From Eledone cirrhosa (taxonomy: Eukaryota), in assembly GCA_964016885.1 (NCBI GenBank), contig OZ024743.1, forward strand, positions 309,318,001 to 309,382,000: a stretch of 64,000 bases of DNA, in the 5' to 3' direction. Positions 57,823-64,000 of this stretch are shown in pieces. The translations under genes were made by a program, and so were the position numbers. The notes beneath the pieces were generated by a model. That model worked only from the letters and a program-made list of their open reading frames with translations. It was not told where the DNA came from and searched no databases. Positions within the stretch are counted from its first letter, which is position 1. Each line of letters opens with the position of its first letter.

Positions 57823-59800
57823 CTACATTTTAAATTTAAATTTATATTTAAACGTTGAGTTTAATCTATGTTTGCAACAACTGAATAAATTTGTCCGTAG
57901 ATTAAGGGAATTTTTAGATTTTAGTATAAAGAATATCTCCTCTGCGCAGAGGTCACATGTCTCAGAGGATGAATTAAAAGGAATCCCTCTTGAGACTATA
58001 TTCCAAGCCGTCGAATATCTAACGTTATCTAGCTTAAGTTGCCAGAGTACGCCTGATAGTGCCGTTGAGGATTTTTTGCTTGGATCTGTGAAAGAATTCT
58101 TGTGGTTATTATAGCGAAGTTTAAATTCCGTCGATGTGGAACCGACGTAGTTAAAAGAATTAGAGTCAGTATTAACATTACAATTGTATACTATATTTTT
58201 AACTAAGCAGTTGTTATTTAACGGACATTTAGATCTATCTCTACAGTTACATTTGTTAACTTGTATATTATTTATGCTATTATCACTAGGTTTTAAGTTC
58301 CTATTATTTATTCTATTAATATTTTGTGCTAAATTTTTGGTGGATGAGTAGGTTAATTTTATTGTATGTCTATTGAAAATTGAGTGATACCTATGTGTTC
58401 TAGGGAAGCGATTATCAAGAGCTTTGAAAAATAGTTTAGCGATGTGGGTTTTAATGTTTAGTGAGAAGGGGGGGGGGGGCAAACCAAATTATGTTCCTAG
58501 TTCTATTTCTTTTTTGGCCTTTGGAATTATTGTAATGCTTTCTATTATAGTTGTTAAGGTTGTTGCCGTAATTAAAAAAGTTGTTACTTTGTATAGTTTG
58601 TCTATCATTATCTATGTACACAATCTTATCAGCAGATCCTGCTCTAGCTAATGCTTCATTATAGTATTGGGCTTTTTCGTCGAAAATCTTTCTATTCGAC
58701 GAGATCCTAGAGATACGTTTTTGAACAGAGTTTACTATAGTGTTTTTGACAGATCTGGGGTGGTTAGAGTTAAAGTTGACATAGTTTAAGTTTTCATTCA
58801 ACTTGTGAAAAGGATAGTGAAGACATGTGTTGAGATTTAATGTTATATCTAGGAAATTGACTATTCTATGGTTGTTCTCAATTTCTATTTTAAGATTAAA
58901 GTAATTAAAAAATTGTGTAATTTGTTTACATTTTCTATTTAGTTCAGGGTTATTATTATCAATAAGTAAAAGCATGTCATCTCTATATAAACCTCCGGTA
59001 GTACCAGGTATTTTCCTATGTAGCGAATTGATTAAAAATAAGCCCACAAGGTCAGTTACCTGAGCTGAGTCGGATGATCCCATAGTTATGTCAAAATTGC
59101 TATCTCTATCTGCTCTGGTCCATAGTTTGTCATTAAATTCTATCAAAGTTTTCCTAGCCGATAATATAATATGCATTTCATTGCTAGTTAGGTCAGTATG
59201 TTTGAATGCGTAATTTAGTGCCTTATTTAGTAGATTAGGGGTAATAGAAGAATAATAGTTAGCTATATCAAGTTGAATAAACTTATTATTATTGTTATAT
59301 TTAATTTGCTTAAACCACTCAACAACCTCTCCAGTTCCCTTCCACAAGCTCAGGTTAGATAAACAATCCAAGTTCTTAATTTGCTGTATCACCCTGTCAA
59401 GAATGTTTTTGCTTAATTTGCCCAGGTCCGATTTTGATGGTGCGATCAATCTAACTGGCAGGTCATTTTCAAAATTCCTCTTGTGATCTTTCATATTGAT
59501 CTTCGGTTTCCTGGGCACGAAAGGTTGTGTTCTGTTCTCAATTTCCAACTCGTGCATTATAGAAGATGCTTCGACATTCATTTTCTCAAGTTCGGCCTTA
59601 TCTGCTACCTTGTACTTTTTCCTCAGCTCTTTCAGTATGAGGCCATTATACATGTCTTTCTGCACTCCATAGAGGTTGTTGGTCTTGTCAGATTTCACCA
59701 AGATCTTCTCAGTTTTCTCTAAGCTCTCAATGTTATCCTTAATGCCTTTCAGATATTCCTGGCCTTTGAAGTTTCTCTTGAATTTGACCCCTTGTATGAT
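57823..59800 (-). pseudogene. PLE RT plus GIY-YIG ORF, continuous except for one frameshift in a 12-G run (58468-58479)
   Basis: SDKTNNLY, KDHKRNF..RLIAPSKSDLG, QLDIANYYSSI, TMGSSDSA, GLYRDDML, CNCR..CPL..IVY..YVG..CDLC..CKH. Confidence 0.93.
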
Positions 59801-60310
59801 AGAAATACTAATACCTCTACATTAAAACATAGGGTTTTTACGCCTCGCATATATCTGGTTATTTTTAAATTTTTTTCTCTCGCTATATTTTTTTTTCTCT
59901 CTCTATATTTTTTTCTCTCTCTATATATCTCCCTTACATTAATACTAGAGCTAAATAAATAAATAAATAAATAAATGTATCATTGATACATTTACTCAAC
60001 AGACCTCCCACTACCTAATTTTCTATATATATATGTATCTATCTCTATTTCCTCTCTCTCTATATATATATATCTCTTTCTGTTTCTTTACATGAAGTTC
60101 TTCTCTTTATCTATCTTTCCATCTCTCTATTTTGTTCCATGCATTTCTTCTTTTTCTTCATTTTCTTCGTTTTCTGTCTTTCTTTCTTTTTTCTCTCTTT
60201 CTTTCTCTCTGTGTACAATTTTTTCACTGCCAAATCAACCTCTTCAAATGCAAGTCGAAGTTGTTACGGTATGTCGAATCTATTTATCTATAAAACTGTT
60301 TATATTGTAT

Positions 60311-60370
60311 TTTGTCTGAGGAAGGCATAGCATATTGTTAATATGATATCCCTGAAATATATATAATGAA
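60311..60370 (+). ncRNA. Type I hammerhead (inverted pLTR)
   Basis: TTTGT CTGAGGA AGG..CATATT gtt AATATG..CCT GAAA TATATA TA ATGAA. Confidence 0.75.
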
Positions 60371-60503
60371 ATAAATATGGTTTTATAAATATAGTTTCCA
60401 TTTATTTAATATTGTAAATATACTCCAAATATTTGTCGAGTGCTTTTATATCAGTTATAAATATTTACTAGTTGTAACCCAACAATTTTAAATATAACTT
60501 TCC

Positions 60504-62286
<1,783 letters not shown>

Positions 62287-62910
62287 CTTTTAGATAGGAC
62301 AACACACGCTGTCTCTTCGTGGGGTAAGTTTTTAATTAATTTTTGTATTCTGAAACATCAAAATACAACAATTTGTTGGTTACTGGTCTCGGGAATGTCA
62401 CGACAGAAGTTTGTGGAAGTTACACAAATATTTTAGTATATTTTAGCAGAGCAATCCTTATTTATATTTTACATTTACTTACATCTCAATATAACATGGC
62501 TAGAATTCAAATTTTGCTAAGAGAAGAAAACGGTCAAATGAACTAGATACATCTCACTGTCCACACCACCACAATAACGTCTACACTCTCTCCCCACCAT
62601 CACATGTCATTACCATACCATACCCTATCGAGACTAAAGTCATCGACCTGTTGTCAAACTCTCTACTCTCTGATGAATGTATATATGTATATGTGTGTGT
62701 ATGTATATGTGTGTATATACATCACTCAGTCAAACAACCAGATTTCAACCCCAACATCTACAACAACAACAACACCGGCCCTAATGTTTACAGCAACAAC
62801 AGCTTCAGAATGAACTGAAATGAACATTTACAACAATTACAACAACAACAACAACAGCGGCATCAAAACATAAAAAAAGGAAGGGAAAAGAAAAAAGAAA
62901 AGGGAAGGGG

Positions 62911-62945
<35 letters not shown>

Positions 62946-63463
62946 AGAAAAAAAAAAAGAAAGGAAAAAAAAAAAAAAAAAAACTCAAAATAACAAAACA
63001 CACACACACACACACACACACAACAGAACAACAACATCAACTGCCACCACCACCACCACCGCCACCGCCGTCGCCATCACCATCACCAGCGACCTGGCCT
63101 TAAGAACAACTTTAATAATAATTTTTCTGCTTTTGGCACGGATCCAGCGACTGGCCAGCGCATCACTGGTACTCTCTTTTGTTGACTCCGTGGAGAGCCA
63201 TAACTCTATGCTGTAAAGCAATTATAGTAATACTGGACTGTAATACGATCGGCTTCAACTATACAAACTCTTGAAAGTCAACAGTTGACATAATCTGGTA
63301 ATCTTGTATCAGTAATGACGGTAATATATATATATATATGTGTGTGTGTGCGTGTAAGTGAGTAGAGTAGCGTGTGTGTGTGTTTGTTGTGTGTGTGAGT
63401 GTTGCTGTGTGCACGCATATGTATGCGTGTGTGTGTATGTCGTACGTATAAGTGTCAATAAGT

Positions 63464-63511
<48 letters not shown>

Positions 63512-63519
63512 GCGGGGAC

Positions 63520-63795
63520 ATAGAAATAATCGGGCTGGATGCCCGATCGCGCAGTTAAACCACTGGGAGTGAAGAACCCCTAGCCCATGTCAGGGTATTC
63601 TTCTAGGAGAAGGCATCTCAGGAAACTGGGTTAACTCCGATATAAAACCTGCGGCTCAGTAGCTACCGATGATGTTGATCTTTTCTTCTTTTCGGGTTAT
63701 AGCTACTGTCGCTCAGAGAGTGGGATTGGTTCAGTGCACAGTCTTTCCTCACTTTAAAAATATTCGTCACGCACAGGCATTGCACGAGTGCATTA
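63520..63795 (+). mobile_element. Partial relative of the RTE-derived element at 41099
   Basis: TTCTAGGAGAAGG..GATATAAAACCTGC..GATGATGTTGA..GAGAGTGGGA..GCACAGGCATTGC shared with 41300-41495. Confidence 0.65.
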
Positions 63796-63816
63796 ATAAT
63801 TATTAATAGTGTGGTA

Positions 63817-63847
<31 letters not shown>

Positions 63848-63857
63848 TATTATTACT

Positions 63858-63879
<22 letters not shown>

Positions 63880-63890
<11 letters not shown>

Positions 63891-64000
63891 CCCAATTCAA
63901 TGATGTTCCGGAACAATGTAAACGAGATAATTGCCAATTTGGGTTCTGGAACAAAAAGGATCATTGGCAATAAGGGCAGGGGCCCCAAGTTATCACAACC
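63880..64000 (-). mobile_element. SINE 3' fragment with poly(A)/(TAA)n tail
   Basis: Abuts T-runs and (TTA)n at 63816-63890. The body is cut by the window end. Confidence 0.4.

Larger units (their letters stand above)
56329..60503 (-). mobile_element. Penelope-like retroelement (Naiad-like), 5'-truncated, with an inverted pLTR of about 610 bp plus tail
   Basis: Arms 56329-56938 and 59803-60416, tail 60417-60503, RT/GIY-YIG ORF, HHR in each arm, (TA)n flanks. Confidence 0.95.

Noticed and set aside
62294-62330. Possible 30-nt microexon (TTTTAG|...|GTAAGT)
   Set aside because: Splice-like motifs alone arise by chance and there is no other support.

Overview
AT-rich, microsatellite-saturated eukaryotic DNA made almost entirely of repeats. 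It is most likely from an octopus or other cephalopod, inferred from the tRNA-derived SINE families and (TA)n/(CA)n density. No confident host gene is present; almost all listed ORFs are translations of microsatellites. Recognisable content: five Penelope-like retroelement (PLE) copies with RT and/or GIY-YIG coding remnants, many non-coding PLE-like fragments, a decayed Tigger/pogo transposon, two R4/Dong-like non-LTR elements at (ATGT)n, a CRE-like and HERO-like RLE remnants, a bipartite RTE-derived non-autonomous element, about 20 SINEs and several MITEs. The main hidden structure is a dense set of hammerhead ribozyme (HHR) motifs at about 15 separate insertions, roughly 20 motif copies including mirror copies. 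Most sit in fold-back insertions within (TA)n. Highlights: a 707-bp palindrome built from a 310-nt non-coding HHR unit (retrozyme-like, 46448-47188), a U3-A8 covariant core, a type II-topology candidate and an HDV-like candidate. All calls were made by eye without database searches, and boundaries of degenerate repeats are approximate.
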